From NCBI GenBank assembly GCA_902595405.1, contig CACJPX010000005.1:14452-78451 (forward strand): a DNA stretch of 64,000 bases. The letters run 5' to 3'. This DNA comes from an uncultured Pelagibacteraceae bacterium. GTDB taxonomy: Bacteria; Pseudomonadota; Alphaproteobacteria; Pelagibacterales; Pelagibacteraceae. This document shows positions 45,710 through 57,745 of the stretch, piece by piece (position 1 is the stretch's first letter; each line of letters begins with the position of its first letter). The position numbers were made by a program, and so were the translations under genes. The notes beneath the pieces were generated by a model that was not told the origin of the DNA, did no database searches, and saw only the letters and a program-made list of their open reading frames with translations.

Positions 45710-46654
45710 TTAATGAGATAAAAACTTTTCAGCCTCTAATGCCGCCATACACCCCATACCAGCAGCAGTTACGGCTTGCCTAAATGTTTTATCCTTTACG
45801 TCTCCAGCCGCATAAACACCTGGAACATTAGTCTCTGTTGAATCTGGTTTTGTTATCAAATAACCCTCATTATCCATACTAAGTTGATCTTTAAATAATT
45901 GCGTTGCAGGGTCATGACCAATAGCAATGAAAACACCGTCTAATTTTATTTCATCAATTTTATTTGTTTTCACATTCTTAACTTTAATTCCTTTAACATT
46001 TTTTGGATCTTTGTTTCCAATTACATCCTCAACAACTGTATCCCAAATGATTTCAATTTTTTTATTTTCCATAAGTTTTTTTTGAAGCATTTTTTCAGCT
46101 CTTAAACTATCTCTTCTGTGAATTAATTTTACTTTTGACGCAAATTTTGTAAGAAACATTGCTTCCTCAACAGCCGCATTACCTCCACCTACAACAGCAA
46201 CTTCCTTATCTTTAAAGAAAAAACCATCACATGTTGCACATGCCGATACACCAAATCCTCTGAACTCCTGTTCAGATTTAATATTTAACCATCTAGCTTG
46301 GGCACCTGTGGAAATTATTATGCTATCAGCAGTATATTTTTGACCAGTATCACCTATAGCCTCAAAAGGTGTTGTTTTTAAGTTTACTGAACTTATATGA
46401 TCTTCAATCATTTCTGTTCCAACTGCTTTTGCTTGTTCTTTCATTTGATCCATAAGCCATGGACCTTGAATAACATCAGCAAATCCTGGAAAGTTTTCAA
46501 CATCTGTTGTTGTGGTTAATTGGCCTCCAGGCTCCGCCCCATAAACTAAAATTGGATTCAACATTGCTCTCGCCGCATAAACTGCAGCAGTGTATCCAGC
46601 AGGACCAGACCCAATTATTAACACTTTTGTGTGTTTAGTTGGATTTTGACTCAT
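45710..46654 (-). CDS. trxB: Thioredoxin reductase
   Basis: GSGPAG, CATCDG, GGGNAA.EEA, AAGDV. Confidence 0.98.
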   Translation of the reverse strand: MSQNPTKHTKVLIIGSGPAGYTAAVYAARAMLNPILVYGAEPGGQLTTTTDVENFPGFADVIQGPWLMDQMKEQAKAVGTEMIEDHISSVNLKTTPFEAIGDTGQKYTADSIIISTGAQARWLNIKSEQEFRGFGVSACATCDGFFFKDKEVAVVGGGNAAVEEAMFLTKFASKVKLIHRRDSLRAEKMLQKKLMENKKIEIIWDTVVEDVIGNKDPKNVKGIKVKNVKTNKIDEIKLDGVFIAIGHDPATQLFKDQLSMDNEGYLITKPDSTETNVPGVYAAGDVKDKTFRQAVTAAGMGCMAALEAEKFLSH

Positions 46655-46675
46655 ATGAAAGCTATATAGTGATAA

Positions 46676-47626
46676 ATGACTAAATTAAAAGGTTTATTAT
46701 TGACCGAGGGTATGCATGGCATGATTAGCCAAGCTGAGGGGCTTGCCAAAGCTCTTAATCTTGAATTTATACACGAAAAAATTGAACTAAATAATTTTTG
46801 GAAAATGATTCCTCCAAAATTAACACCTGTAAAAGATTTTGTTTTCAAAAATAATATATCAGAAAAATTTAATGTAGTAATTTCATGTGGGAGAAAAAGT
46901 GTAGTCCCATCCATCTTTTTAAAAAAAAAATTTGGAAGTAAAATTATGAACATTCATATTCAAGATCCAAAAGTATCATTAAATAATTTTGATTTTGTTA
47001 TTGCGCCAGAGCACGATGGTCTTGAGGGGAAAAATGTTATTAAAACCAAAGGAGCAATTCATTATCTTACCGAAAAAGAGTTAGAGGAAAATATTAATTA
47101 TTTAAAACCTAGAATTAAAAAAGAAAAAGTAATTGTGTTTATCGCAGGTGGTCCAAATAAGTATTATGATTTTAATGATGAAATAATTGAGGAAATTTTT
47201 GTTAAAACCAAAAAAAATTTCATAAATCAAGGTTATCAGCTAATATTTATACCTTCAATGAGAACACCGCAAAGAATTATAGAAAAAGCTCGAAATTTTT
47301 TTGATGATGATCAAATTATAATTCAAGATATTGATAAGAAAGCCTATTTGTCATCACTTAAACTAGCTAATCATATTATTGTAACTTGCGACTCTACATC
47401 TATGATATCTGAGGCAGCTATGTCGGGGAGACCAATATATGTGGCTCAAATGCCAGCTGTTAAAAAAAATATTCGTTTCAAAAAATTTTTTGAGCTTTTT
47501 AAATCCCTAGAAATAATTAAAAACTTAGGGGACGGTGTAGAAGAATGGAGTTATAAAAAACTTAATGAAACTGATAGAATATCGGGATATATAGAGAAAC
47601 AATTTAAAGATTATGACTTTTCTTAA
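46676..47626 (+). CDS. ELM1 (mitochondrial fission ELM1) family protein
   Basis: G..SQ..GLA, HIQDP, PEHD, VT.DS.SMISEA. Confidence 0.88.
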   Translation: MTKLKGLLLTEGMHGMISQAEGLAKALNLEFIHEKIELNNFWKMIPPKLTPVKDFVFKNNISEKFNVVISCGRKSVVPSIFLKKKFGSKIMNIHIQDPKVSLNNFDFVIAPEHDGLEGKNVIKTKGAIHYLTEKELEENINYLKPRIKKEKVIVFIAGGPNKYYDFNDEIIEEIFVKTKKNFINQGYQLIFIPSMRTPQRIIEKARNFFDDDQIIIQDIDKKAYLSSLKLANHIIVTCDSTSMISEAAMSGRPIYVAQMPAVKKNIRFKKFFELFKSLEIIKNLGDGVEEWSYKKLNETDRISGYIEKQFKDYDFS

Positions 47627-48275
47627 TTCTATATTGAAAAACTCAAAAAAGTATGAATTCCCATTTAATCACTGGGAATATAACAATGCTTTAAGTGAAG
47701 AAGCTATTAAAGAAATAGAAGGTGCAGACATTCCCGATGTAAGCAAACATAATCTCAATTATGATGGTACAAGAGCAATTGATGGTGGTGCCGCCGAATT
47801 TAGAGAAGGCATAGCTTCAGGCGGTAAGGCAATAAAATTTAGATGTTTTGTTACAAAAGAAAATGCTTCTCAATTTCCACATTTAGTAAAATTCATTAAT
47901 GAACTTCAATCTAAAGAAACATGCGAAACGATCTCTAAAATGATTAATAAAGATTTAACCAGTTCATATGTCAGACTTGAAGTTATTTGTGATCGTGAAG
48001 GTTTTTGGTTAAAGCCTCATTGTGACATAAAAGAAAAATTAATGTCAGGACTTATTTTTGTAAATAATGCAAATGAGTCAGAGGAACTAGGTACTGATTT
48101 TTATAATGAAAAATTAGAAAAAGTTAAAACAGTTCCCTACAAACATAATTATGGTTATTTATTTACAAGCGGTCCAAATACATGGCATGGGATGGAAAAG
48201 AAAAAAATTGTTAAAGAAAGACGATGTATTCAAGTCAATTATGTTACATTTAAAACTGATTGGAAGGTTGATTAA
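47613..48275 (+). CDS. 2OG-Fe(II) oxygenase family protein
   Basis: FWL.PHCD (HxD), distal TWHG, RR...VNY. Confidence 0.8.
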   Translation: MTFLNSILKNSKKYEFPFNHWEYNNALSEEAIKEIEGADIPDVSKHNLNYDGTRAIDGGAAEFREGIASGGKAIKFRCFVTKENASQFPHLVKFINELQSKETCETISKMINKDLTSSYVRLEVICDREGFWLKPHCDIKEKLMSGLIFVNNANESEELGTDFYNEKLEKVKTVPYKHNYGYLFTSGPNTWHGMEKKKIVKERRCIQVNYVTFKTDWKVD

Positions 48276-51200
48276 ATATTTTGTATAGACGTCACCTCTA
48301 ATTTTTTTGTTTTAAGTGATTTAATACCCTCAATACATGCAAGCGCTGTTGACATGTTAGTACAGTAGGGCACTTTATTTTTAAGTGTTGCTCTTCTTAA
48401 AGCAATAGCATCGTTTAATCTGTGTTCTGTATTGCCCCCACCAGTATTAATTACTAAAGCTATTTTTTTGGAGTTGAGAACATCAACGATATGAGGTGAT
48501 CCACCACTTACTTTATTTATAATTTTACAACTCATGCCATGTTTTTTAATGTATTCAGCTGTTCCTTTTGTAGCACACAAATGGAATTTTAGTTTCAAGA
48601 GTTCTTTTGCAAGCCCTAAACCTTCATCTTTATGAGAATCTTTTAATGATAAAAAAGCCAGTCCATTTGTAGGTAACGAATTAGACGATGCTATTTGGCT
48701 TTTTGCGTATGCCATTCCAAAATTTTTGTCAAATCCCATTACCTCTCCAGTTGATTTCATTTCTGGACCTAACAATAAATCACTGTTTGGAAATTTATTA
48801 AACGGGAAAACAGCCTCTTTCACGGCAAACATTCCTTTAGATTTATCTTTTAAATTAAATTTTGAAAGTTTTTCCCCAGCCATAACTCTCGAGGCTATCT
48901 TTGCCAATGGTATTCCTTTAGCTTTTGATACAAATGGAACAGTCCGACTAGCTCTTGGATTTACTTCAATAACAAAAATTTCATCTTTCTTAATTGCAAA
49001 TTGAACATTCATGAAACCTTTTACTTTCAGAGCCAGGGCTAAATTTTTTGTTTGTTTCTCAATTTCTTTTAGTAAAAAAGGTTTTATGGAAACAGGTGGT
49101 AAGCTGCAAGCCGAGTCCCCAGAATGAATTCCTGCTTCCTCTATATGCTGCATGATGCCAGCCACATGTACTTCTTTACCATCGGATATAGCATCAACAT
49201 CCACCTCCATTGCATGATCTAAAAATTTATCAATAAGAATTGGATTTTTTTCTGCCACTTTAAACGCTTCCTCTACAAAATTTTTTAATTGACTTTTTTC
49301 ATAAACAATTTCCATCGCCCTTCCTCCAAGAACGTATGAAGGTCTAACCATTAAAGGCAAACCAATTTTTTCAGATATTTCAATTGCTTGTTTAAAATTT
49401 TTTGCAATTCCACTTTTAGCTTGATTTAATTTTAATTTTTCTAAAAGTTTTCTAAATCTATCTCTATCTTCTGCTAGATCAATAGATGAGTATTGAGTTC
49501 CTAAAATTGGGAGATTATTATTATGTAAAAATTTTGCTAATTTAATTGGAGTTTGACCACCAAATTGCGTAATGATACCGACTAAATTCCCCTTTTCTTT
49601 CTCTCTCTTTATAATATTGAAAACATATTCTTCTTTTAAAGGCTCAAAATATAATCTATCGCTAGTGTCATAATCTGTTGAGACAGTCTCAGGATTACAA
49701 TTAACCATAACAGTTTCAAAACCAGCAGCCTTTAAGGCAAAACTGGCTTGACAACAGCAATAATCAAATTCTATTCCTTGTCCTATTCTGTTGGGCCCTC
49801 CGCCTAATATTATAATTTTTTTTTTAACACTAGGGTCAGCTTCACATTCTGAATTTATTGAAAAATTTCTTTGATATGTTGAGTACATGTATGGTGTAAA
49901 AGATTTGAATTCTGCAGCACAAGTATCAACTTTTTTAAATACTGGTAAAATTTTAAGTGCAGTTCTTTTTTTTCTCACAATGTCCTCAGATAAATTTGAT
50001 AGCTCAGAGAGCTTTTTATCTGAAAAACCTATTGATTTAATTTGGTTAAAATCATCAAAATTTTTAGGCAATCCATTAATTTTGATCTTAATTTCATTAT
50101 CTATTATTTCTTTAATTTGGTTTAAGAACCACGGATCGATTTTTGATAAATTGTAAATTCTTTTAAGCTTGATTTTTTTCCTCATTGCCTCTGCAACAAG
50201 TAAGATTTTATTTGGAATATTTTCTTTTAGTTTTTTTTCAATTTGTCGTTTATTTAGATTAAATATTCTATCTAAACCTGAAAAACCAGTCTCAAGAGAA
50301 ACCAATGCTTTTTGAAGAGACTCTTTAAAATTTCTTCCGATTGCCATTGCTTCCCCCACTGATTTCATTGATGTGCCTAAAATTGCGGGAGAAGTTGAAA
50401 ACTTTTCAAAAGTAAATCTTGGAATTTTGGTTACCACATAATCAATACTTGGTTCAAATGATGCTGGAGTAACTTTGGTAATTTCATTTTTTAATTCATC
50501 CAATGTATAGCCAACCGCAAGTTTTGCAGCAACCTTTGCAATGGGAAATCCAGTTGCTTTTGATGCTAATGCTGACGATCTTGATACTCTAGGGTTCATC
50601 TCAATTATTACCATGCGCCCATTTTTAGGATTTATTGCAAATTGAACATTTGAACCACCTGTCTCAACTCCTATTTTTCTCAAACACGCAATAGAAGCAT
50701 TTCGCATTACCTGATATTCTTTGTCAGTCAATGTCAATGCAGGAGCAACTGTAACTGAGTCTCCTGTATGTATTCCCATTGGATCTACATTTTCTATTGA
50801 ACAAATAATTATACAATTATCTTTTTTATCTCTTACAACCTCCATTTCAAATTCTTTCCAACCTTCTAAACACTCTTCCACAAGCACTTGGCTCACCGGA
50901 GATTCGTGTAAACCATTTTTGATAATTTTGAGGTAATCCTTTTTGTTTTTTGCTATTCCTCCTCCTAAACCTCCAAGCGTAAAAGCTGGCCTAATTATTG
51001 CTGGCAGACCGATTTTATTAAAAACTTTTGATGCTTGATTTATATTGTTTACGATTTCAGATTTTGGAAGATCTAAACCAATATCAATCATGTTTTTTCT
51101 AAATTTTTTTCTATCTTCCGCATTGGAAATAGCTTTTGAATTTGCACCAATTAATTCGATTTTATATTTTTTTAATATTCCTTTTTTCTCTGCCTCCATT

Positions 51201-51496
51201 GCAAGGTTAAGAGCAGTTTGGCCACCCATGGTTGGAAGAATTGCATCTGGTTTTTCTTTTTTGAGAATTTTTTCTAAAACCTCTAAAGTAATAGGTTCAA
51301 TGTAAGTCTTATCTGCAACATCTGGATCTGTCATAATCGTTGCTGGATTTGAATTAATTAAAATAACTTTATAACCTTCATCTTTTAATGCCTTACAAGC
51401 CTGGGTTCCTGAATAATCAAATTCACAAGCTTGGCCAATGATAATTGGTCCAGCACCTACAACTAAAATTTTTTTAAGATCTTTTCTTTTTGGCAT
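48272..51496 (-). CDS. carB: Carbamoyl-phosphate synthase large subunit
   Basis: [16 protein letters not shown], two ATP-grasp domains, MGS domain. Confidence 0.98.
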   Translation of the reverse strand: MPKRKDLKKILVVGAGPIIIGQACEFDYSGTQACKALKDEGYKVILINSNPATIMTDPDVADKTYIEPITLEVLEKILKKEKPDAILPTMGGQTALNLAMEAEKKGILKKYKIELIGANSKAISNAEDRKKFRKNMIDIGLDLPKSEIVNNINQASKVFNKIGLPAIIRPAFTLGGLGGGIAKNKKDYLKIIKNGLHESPVSQVLVEECLEGWKEFEMEVVRDKKDNCIIICSIENVDPMGIHTGDSVTVAPALTLTDKEYQVMRNASIACLRKIGVETGGSNVQFAINPKNGRMVIIEMNPRVSRSSALASKATGFPIAKVAAKLAVGYTLDELKNEITKVTPASFEPSIDYVVTKIPRFTFEKFSTSPAILGTSMKSVGEAMAIGRNFKESLQKALVSLETGFSGLDRIFNLNKRQIEKKLKENIPNKILLVAEAMRKKIKLKRIYNLSKIDPWFLNQIKEIIDNEIKIKINGLPKNFDDFNQIKSIGFSDKKLSELSNLSEDIVRKKRTALKILPVFKKVDTCAAEFKSFTPYMYSTYQRNFSINSECEADPSVKKKIIILGGGPNRIGQGIEFDYCCCQASFALKAAGFETVMVNCNPETVSTDYDTSDRLYFEPLKEEYVFNIIKREKEKGNLVGIITQFGGQTPIKLAKFLHNNNLPILGTQYSSIDLAEDRDRFRKLLEKLKLNQAKSGIAKNFKQAIEISEKIGLPLMVRPSYVLGGRAMEIVYEKSQLKNFVEEAFKVAEKNPILIDKFLDHAMEVDVDAISDGKEVHVAGIMQHIEEAGIHSGDSACSLPPVSIKPFLLKEIEKQTKNLALALKVKGFMNVQFAIKKDEIFVIEVNPRASRTVPFVSKAKGIPLAKIASRVMAGEKLSKFNLKDKSKGMFAVKEAVFPFNKFPNSDLLLGPEMKSTGEVMGFDKNFGMAYAKSQIASSNSLPTNGLAFLSLKDSHKDEGLGLAKELLKLKFHLCATKGTAEYIKKHGMSCKIINKVSGGSPHIVDVLNSKKIALVINTGGGNTEHRLNDAIALRRATLKNKVPYCTNMSTALACIEGIKSLKTKKLEVTSIQNI

Positions 51497-52667
51497 TTTT
51501 TTTCATATTGGTAATAAATTCTTGGAATAAATAAACACTATCTTGTGGTCCCGGGTTTGACTCTGGGTGATATTGAACTGAGAATACGGGATTATTCTTT
51601 AACCTTATTCCTTCGATACTATTATCGAACAAAGATTTATGAGTGATCTGAATGTTTTTTGGTAAATTTTCTCTTACAACTTCAAAACCATGATTTTGGC
51701 TAGTAATTTCCACATTTTCACTAATCAAATTTTTGACAGGATGATTTGCTCCTCTGTGACCTAATTTCATTTTTTTTGTTTTACCACCTAATGCAAGTGC
51801 GAGTATCTGATGACCAAGGCAGATACCAAATAATGGCATTTTCTTTTTAATTAGATTTTGAATTATTTGAATTGCATATTTTCCTGTGGCAGCTGGATCT
51901 CCAGGACCATTAGACAAGAAGACACCATCAGGTTTAAGAGATAAAATTTTTTCCGCAGGTGTTTTACAAGAAACTACGGTAACTTTACATTTAAAATCAG
52001 AAAAATATCTCAAAATATTTTTTTTTATTCCATAATCTATGGCGACTATATGAAATGAATTTTGATTATTTTTTCTAAAACCATATTCTTTTCTCCAAGT
52101 TTTAAGTCCTTTCCAAATATAATTTTTTTGTGTGGTAACTTTTTCTGCTAAATCTAAATTTTTTAGCCCACTCCATTTGATCGTAGAATTAATAAGTTTG
52201 TTGATATAAAATTTACTTTTCTTTGAGTAAGCAATGGTTCCTTTTGGAGCACCTTTATCTCTAATAAAATTCGTTAAACTTCTTGTATCAAGTCCAGTAA
52301 TTCCAACTATCTTATTTTTTTTTAACCAAGCATCTAAATGTTGAAAAGATCTATAATTCGATGGTGATGTTATCTCAGAATTAAAAATAACTCCTTTAGT
52401 CCATATTTTATCAGATTCAAAATCTTCTTTGTTTGTACCTACATTTCCAATATGAGGGAAGGTAAAGTTTATTATTTGTCCTGCATAAGAAGGATCTGAT
52501 ATTATTTCTTGGTACCCCGTTAATGAGGTATTAAAGCAAACTTCACCAGTTGCTTCTCCCTGATATCCAATTCCAATACCTCTAAAAATCTTTTTGTTTT
52601 CTAAAACTAAAATACCTGTGCTTTTTTGAGAATTTTTTGAGTGAGCTTTTTTTACTTTTTTGATCAA
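51474..52667 (-). CDS. carA: Carbamoyl-phosphate synthase small subunit
   Basis: [26 protein letters not shown]; exact start uncertain. Confidence 0.97.
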   Translation of the reverse strand: MIKKVKKAHSKNSQKSTGILVLENKKIFRGIGIGYQGEATGEVCFNTSLTGYQEIISDPSYAGQIINFTFPHIGNVGTNKEDFESDKIWTKGVIFNSEITSPSNYRSFQHLDAWLKKNKIVGITGLDTRSLTNFIRDKGAPKGTIAYSKKSKFYINKLINSTIKWSGLKNLDLAEKVTTQKNYIWKGLKTWRKEYGFRKNNQNSFHIVAIDYGIKKNILRYFSDFKCKVTVVSCKTPAEKILSLKPDGVFLSNGPGDPAATGKYAIQIIQNLIKKKMPLFGICLGHQILALALGGKTKKMKLGHRGANHPVKNLISENVEITSQNHGFEVVRENLPKNIQITHKSLFDNSIEGIRLKNNPVFSVQYHPESNPGPQDSVYLFQEFITNMKKNAKKKRS

Positions 52668-52791
52668 TTACAACTCATAAGTTAAAGGTTAATACAATAA
52701 TTGATTTATTATCGCAACAGAGATGTATTATAAAATTGTAAAAAAACAATTTTTCTTTTGAAGAATTTTTTCTTTAAAGTAGATTAAAACT

Positions 52792-53256
52792 ATGTCTTTA
52801 AAAGAAACAATTGAAGCAGAATATAAAAATGCATTGAAATCTAAAGATAAAATTAAAATCTCAACTTATAGGTTAATTTTATCATCAATTAAGGATCTCG
52901 ATATTTCAAACAGGTCTGGCCCCAACAAAAAAGAGACAGACGATGAGGATATAAAAAAATTGTTAAAAAAGATGATGAAGCAAAGAACCGAATCAATTGA
53001 TATTTATAAAAAAAATAATCGCTCTGATCTTCTAAAAATTGAGCAAAACGAATTTAATATTCTGTCAAGTTTTCTACCTAAACAGCTTAATGATGAAGAT
53101 ACTAAAAAAATATGTGAGGAAATTATTTCCAAATTAAGCGCAAGCTCTATTAAAGACATGGGAAAAGTAATGGGTGAATTAAAAAAAAATCATGCTGATG
53201 AAATTGATTTTTCAAAAGCTGGCGCCTTGTTAAAAGAAATATTAAATAAACAATGA
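52792..53256 (+). CDS. GatB/YqeY domain protein
   Basis: KQR.ES, LPKQL, KDMGKVMG. Confidence 0.92.
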   Translation: MSLKETIEAEYKNALKSKDKIKISTYRLILSSIKDLDISNRSGPNKKETDDEDIKKLLKKMMKQRTESIDIYKKNNRSDLLKIEQNEFNILSSFLPKQLNDEDTKKICEEIISKLSASSIKDMGKVMGELKKNHADEIDFSKAGALLKEILNKQ

Positions 53257-55028
53257 AATATCCAAAAGAATATCTAGATGAAATTAAAACTCGTCTTAAA
53301 GTTTCTAGCGTTGTTTCAAAAGTTGTAGCTTTAAAAAAAAGAGGAAAGGAGTTTGTTGGACTATCACCGTTTAAAAATGAGAAAACCCCTTCCTTTACAG
53401 TTAATGATGAAAAAGAATTTTATCATTGCTTCGCAACTTCAGAGCATGGAAATATTTTTGATTTTGTTATGAAAACTCAAAACCTAAGGTTTGGAGAAGC
53501 AGTAAAATATCTTGCTAATATTGCAGGAATGCAACCATATCTCTTTACCAAACAAGATGAAGAGAGAGAAAAAAATTGGAAAGAGTATTTATCAATCTAT
53601 TGCAAATATGTTGATTATTATCATGATCAGCTATTAAAAAATGAAAAACTCTCAAACGCCAGAGATTATTTAAAGAATAGATCATTAGGTAAAAATGAAG
53701 TTAAAAGATTTAAAATTGGTTTTGTTGAAAAAAATCCAAGTTTTTTTGATAAACTTAAAAAAGAATTTGGTGAAAAAACTTTATTAGAAAGTGGTTTATT
53801 TTATTTTGATGAAAAGAAAAAAAAATGTGTAGAGAGATTCAAAGGAAGATTGATATTTCCGATAAACAATATTTCAGGACAGCCAATCGCTTTGGGGGGC
53901 AGAATAATTGAAAATTTAGATTATTTAGCAAAATATATTAATTCACCAGAGACTAACTTTTTTAAAAAGGGTTCAAATCTTTATAATTTAGATCTAGCAA
54001 GAAAATTATCTAATAAGTTAGATCATATTTTTTTAGTTGAAGGTTATATGGATGTAGTTGGTTTAAGTAAAAATGGAGTTGAAAATGTTGTTGCAAATCT
54101 TGGTACTTCTTTAACTGATAAACAAATTTTAACATTAAATCAGTTCTTTGATGACATAATAATCTGTTTCGACGGAGATGAAAGTGGCTATAAAGCTGCT
54201 TTAAGAGCAGCAGAAAATTCTATTAAAGAATTGAAACCTGAAAAACAAATATCTTTTTTATTTTTACCAGATAAAGAAGATCCTGATAGTTTTGTAAATA
54301 AAAATGGTAAAAACTATTTTTTAGATTTTACGAAACAGAACAAATTACCAATACATCAATTTATTTTCAGCCATTATAAAAAACAAACTGATAATAATCC
54401 CTCTTCTATGGCAATATTTGAAAAAAAACTTAGATCCATAGCAAATACAATTAAAGATAATTTTATTAAAAAATATGTTCTTGAATTTTTTTTAGAGAAA
54501 ATTGCAGAATTAACACCTCATTCCAATCAAAATAAGAATAAGTTTTCTGTTAAGAAAACAAAATCACTTGAATCAACAAAAAAATTTTATAATGAAAGTA
54601 AGGGAATTACTGCTGTTGAGTTAAAAGAGTTTTCTTTATTATATTTACTCTTAAATAACTTATCTCTTTTTCAGTCAAATATTTATTTAGTGGAAAATAT
54701 CAAATTATTCTCAGAAATTAATAAGCAAATATTCAGTTCGGCAATTAATAAATTAAAATCAAATGAAAATATTGATATTGAAAAACTTAATATTGATAAA
54801 CAATTGTTAGATAAGATAAATAAGTTTGCACCAATTAAACATATTCTAAAAAATAAACCTAAAAATGATAATCAAGTGATAGAGCTACTGGATGATATTT
54901 CGAAAGATTTATTTAATCATGATTTGGAATTAAGAATCCAAGAATTAGAATCGAAGTTTTCAGAAGATTTAAGTGAAACGACTTTTAATCAGCTAAAAGA
55001 GCTTAAAAACGAGAGAAAAATCAACTAA
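53253..55028 (+). CDS. dnaG: DNA primase
   Basis: EKTPSF, KYINSPET, EGYMDV, FDGD..G, DPD. Confidence 0.97.
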   Translation: MKYPKEYLDEIKTRLKVSSVVSKVVALKKRGKEFVGLSPFKNEKTPSFTVNDEKEFYHCFATSEHGNIFDFVMKTQNLRFGEAVKYLANIAGMQPYLFTKQDEEREKNWKEYLSIYCKYVDYYHDQLLKNEKLSNARDYLKNRSLGKNEVKRFKIGFVEKNPSFFDKLKKEFGEKTLLESGLFYFDEKKKKCVERFKGRLIFPINNISGQPIALGGRIIENLDYLAKYINSPETNFFKKGSNLYNLDLARKLSNKLDHIFLVEGYMDVVGLSKNGVENVVANLGTSLTDKQILTLNQFFDDIIICFDGDESGYKAALRAAENSIKELKPEKQISFLFLPDKEDPDSFVNKNGKNYFLDFTKQNKLPIHQFIFSHYKKQTDNNPSSMAIFEKKLRSIANTIKDNFIKKYVLEFFLEKIAELTPHSNQNKNKFSVKKTKSLESTKKFYNESKGITAVELKEFSLLYLLLNNLSLFQSNIYLVENIKLFSEINKQIFSSAINKLKSNENIDIEKLNIDKQLLDKINKFAPIKHILKNKPKNDNQVIELLDDISKDLFNHDLELRIQELESKFSEDLSETTFNQLKELKNERKIN

Positions 55029-55095
55029 TCTGAATAAATTAGCAATGGATTTTTGCGAATTTGATATTATATAAGTCTCTCTAACTTAAATTGTT

Positions 55096-56922
55096 GTGGA
55101 AAGAATTATTACTAAATCATTTGCTAGATTAATGGGTCGGGGAACCCACAGGGGTTTTATTACTCATGAGGAGTTAAGCAAATCACTCGGTAAACGAAAT
55201 CTTTCCGATGAAAATTTATCACAAGCTTTTATTCATATATTAAATGAGGGAATAGTATTAGTTGAAAAGAAATCAGATTACAAAGTTTTAAGAAAAAAAG
55301 AAAACTCTTCCAAAGAGGAGGGTAAAACAATTGAAAAAAGTGATGATCCTATAAGAATGTATTTAAGGGAGATGGGTGGTGTCGAATTGTTGTCAAGAGA
55401 AGGAGAAATTGCAATTGCTAAAAGAATAGAAGCTGGAAAAGATGTAATGTTGATTGCTTTATCTCAAAGTCCTATTACCGCTCAACAGTTTTCTGAATGG
55501 GATGAAAAATTACAAAAAGACGAAATATTAGTAAGAGAAATAATTGATATTGATACCAATTATATGGAAGATGAAAATACTGGGCCAAGCGCAAAACAAA
55601 AAAATGCAGGAGAAGATGAAAAAGATGAAAACTCTAACGAAGAGAGCGATGACGATTTTAATCCCACATTAGCAGCAATGGAGTCAGAGATTAAACCAAA
55701 AGTGCTTAAAACAGTTCATATATTAACTAAAGAATATCGGAAATTAATCAAGTACCAAAAAGAAAAACTACATTGCGTTTTAAATTCTCAAACTTTCTCA
55801 CATTCAAAAGAAAAAGGATATGACAAAACTGTAAAGGATATCTTGGAAAATATTAAATCTTTGCAGTTATCTCCCTCAGTCCTAGAAGAACTTGTGCAAA
55901 AACATTATGTTGAAAATAAAAAGATTATTTCATTAGAGGGGAGTCTTTTGAGACTTGCAATGGACCAAAAAATACCCAGAAATGAATTTATTAAGTTTTA
56001 TATAGGCAATGAGATTAATCCTAATCTAAAAAAGTTTTTAGATACTAATGCTTTATGGAAACAATTTTTTACAAAAAATAAAGAGGAATTTAAAAATATT
56101 AGAGAAAGATTAGTCGAAATAAGCCATAAACTTGGAATGTCAGTTACTGACTTTAAAAAGCTAGTCAGCAGAGTTCAAAAAGGAGAGAAAGAGTCAAGAA
56201 TTGCTAAAAAAGAAATGGTAGAAGCAAATTTGAGATTAGTCATTTCCATTGCAAAAAAATATACTAATAGAGGTCTTCAATTTTTAGATTTAATTCAGGA
56301 GGGAAATATCGGACTAATGAAAGCAGTTGATAAATTTGAATATCGAAGAGGTTATAAATTTTCAACTTATGCAACCTGGTGGATTAGACAAGCAATAACT
56401 AGATCGATTGCTGATCAAGCAAGAACAATAAGAATTCCAGTGCATATGATTGAAACTATCAACAAAATTGTAAGAACACAAAGGTTAATTCTTAGTGAGT
56501 TTGGCAGGGAAGCAACACCTGAGGAATTAGCAAAAAAGCTTCGTATGCCTTTAGACAAGGTAAGAAAAGTTCTTAAAATATCAAAAGAACCTGTTTCATT
56601 AGAAAAACCTGTGGGTGATGAAGAGGACAGTAGTCTAGGTGACTTTATAGAAGATACAAAAGCATTAGCTCCATTAGAACAGGCAATTAAATCTAATTTA
56701 GGTGAAGCAACAACAAAAATATTATCAACTCTAACTCCAAGAGAAGAAAGAGTTTTAAGAATGAGATTTGGAGTTGGAATGAATACTGACCATACTTTAG
56801 AAGAGGTTGGATTACAATTCTCAGTGACTAGAGAAAGAATTCGTCAAATTGAAGCGAAAGCTTTAAGGAAACTAAAGCATCCAAGTAGGTCAAAACAACT
56901 GAAGAGTTTCTTAGAAAGTTAA
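55096..56922 (+). CDS. rpoD: RNA polymerase sigma factor RpoD
   Basis: [38 protein letters not shown]; GTG start. Confidence 0.98.
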   Translation: MERIITKSFARLMGRGTHRGFITHEELSKSLGKRNLSDENLSQAFIHILNEGIVLVEKKSDYKVLRKKENSSKEEGKTIEKSDDPIRMYLREMGGVELLSREGEIAIAKRIEAGKDVMLIALSQSPITAQQFSEWDEKLQKDEILVREIIDIDTNYMEDENTGPSAKQKNAGEDEKDENSNEESDDDFNPTLAAMESEIKPKVLKTVHILTKEYRKLIKYQKEKLHCVLNSQTFSHSKEKGYDKTVKDILENIKSLQLSPSVLEELVQKHYVENKKIISLEGSLLRLAMDQKIPRNEFIKFYIGNEINPNLKKFLDTNALWKQFFTKNKEEFKNIRERLVEISHKLGMSVTDFKKLVSRVQKGEKESRIAKKEMVEANLRLVISIAKKYTNRGLQFLDLIQEGNIGLMKAVDKFEYRRGYKFSTYATWWIRQAITRSIADQARTIRIPVHMIETINKIVRTQRLILSEFGREATPEELAKKLRMPLDKVRKVLKISKEPVSLEKPVGDEEDSSLGDFIEDTKALAPLEQAIKSNLGEATTKILSTLTPREERVLRMRFGVGMNTDHTLEEVGLQFSVTRERIRQIEAKALRKLKHPSRSKQLKSFLES

Positions 56923-56925
56923 TTT

Positions 56926-57000
56926 GGGCCGTTAGCTCAATAGTAGAGTACTGCATTGACATTGCAGGGGTAGTTGGAGCGTAACCAACACGGCCCACCA
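56926..57000 (+). tRNA. tRNA-Val(GAC) with non-canonical D and T loops
   Basis: Acceptor GGGCCGT/ACGGCCC, anticodon stem CTGCA/TGCAG with GAC, T-stem GTTGG/CCAAC, ACCA end. Confidence 0.88.
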
Positions 57001-57054
57001 TAAAATTCTTTGTTTAATAAATTTTTCAAATTGATATAAGTAAATTTCAATTTT

Positions 57055-57131
57055 GGGCCTGTAGCTCAGTTGGTTAGAGCAGTACACTCATAATGTATTG
57101 GTCCCAGGTTCGAGTCCTGGCGGGCCCACCA
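57055..57131 (+). tRNA. tRNA with CAT anticodon, probably tRNA-Ile2 (lysidine)
   Basis: Full cloverleaf; G1-C72 pair and no GGG/CCC anticodon stem exclude initiator; GGGCCTG acceptor resembles Ile2. Confidence 0.88.
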
Positions 57132-57142
57132 TTTGATCAATA

Positions 57143-57733
57143 TTAATTTTTTGAAAATTCTTCTAAGACTTTAAATAAAGCTTCAATGTCATTATTATTT
57201 GAATTTAAAACAGAGGCAAATTCCTCTTTTTGAGTTCTTGCTAAACTTAGGCCCTCTATTATTAAATCTCTAATTAACGGGTTTTCTGGATTTTTAGTAT
57301 AGATTCTCCAATCAATTTTTATTTCAGGTCTTTCATTAGTAGCTTTTAAAATACTATTTACGATAGTGTAATTTTCGTTAAGCTTCTCTTTACTTTGGAC
57401 ATCAATTTCTGGATTAGTGTATTCTGCTAATCTACTAGAAAAACTTTTTAAAAAATATTCCTCAAATAATTCAGCATACCTTTTTTTTTCCTGTTCGTTT
57501 AAAGATTTTCTTTTCTTTCCAAGTGTATAAAATCCTATTCCTCTGATATCCACAGTTTCTTTTGCGATTAACTTTAGTTTTTTAATCTTTTCATCTTTTG
57601 TGATATCTTCTCCGAGTAATTTAGATGCCCTATTGACGGTCGATTGTACAAAAATATCAGGCTCTATAGAAAATGAATTAAATGTTATTGAAAAAAAAAT
57701 AATTGAAAATATTAACAATTTTTTTTTTATCAT
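57143..57733 (-). CDS. mlaC: MlaC/Ttg2D phospholipid-binding protein
   Basis: Signal peptide, DWR, DL.IEG.SL..TQ..EF; next to mlaA. Confidence 0.85.
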   Translation of the reverse strand: MIKKKLLIFSIIFFSITFNSFSIEPDIFVQSTVNRASKLLGEDITKDEKIKKLKLIAKETVDIRGIGFYTLGKKRKSLNEQEKKRYAELFEEYFLKSFSSRLAEYTNPEIDVQSKEKLNENYTIVNSILKATNERPEIKIDWRIYTKNPENPLIRDLIIEGLSLARTQKEEFASVLNSNNNDIEALFKVLEEFSKN

Positions 57734-57745
57734 TTGGTAATGAAA

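Noticed and set aside
56926-57142. tRNA pair (and tRNA-Gln at 22455) as possible integration sites
   Set aside because: No integrase, no duplicated tRNA 3' end, and flanks are core genes
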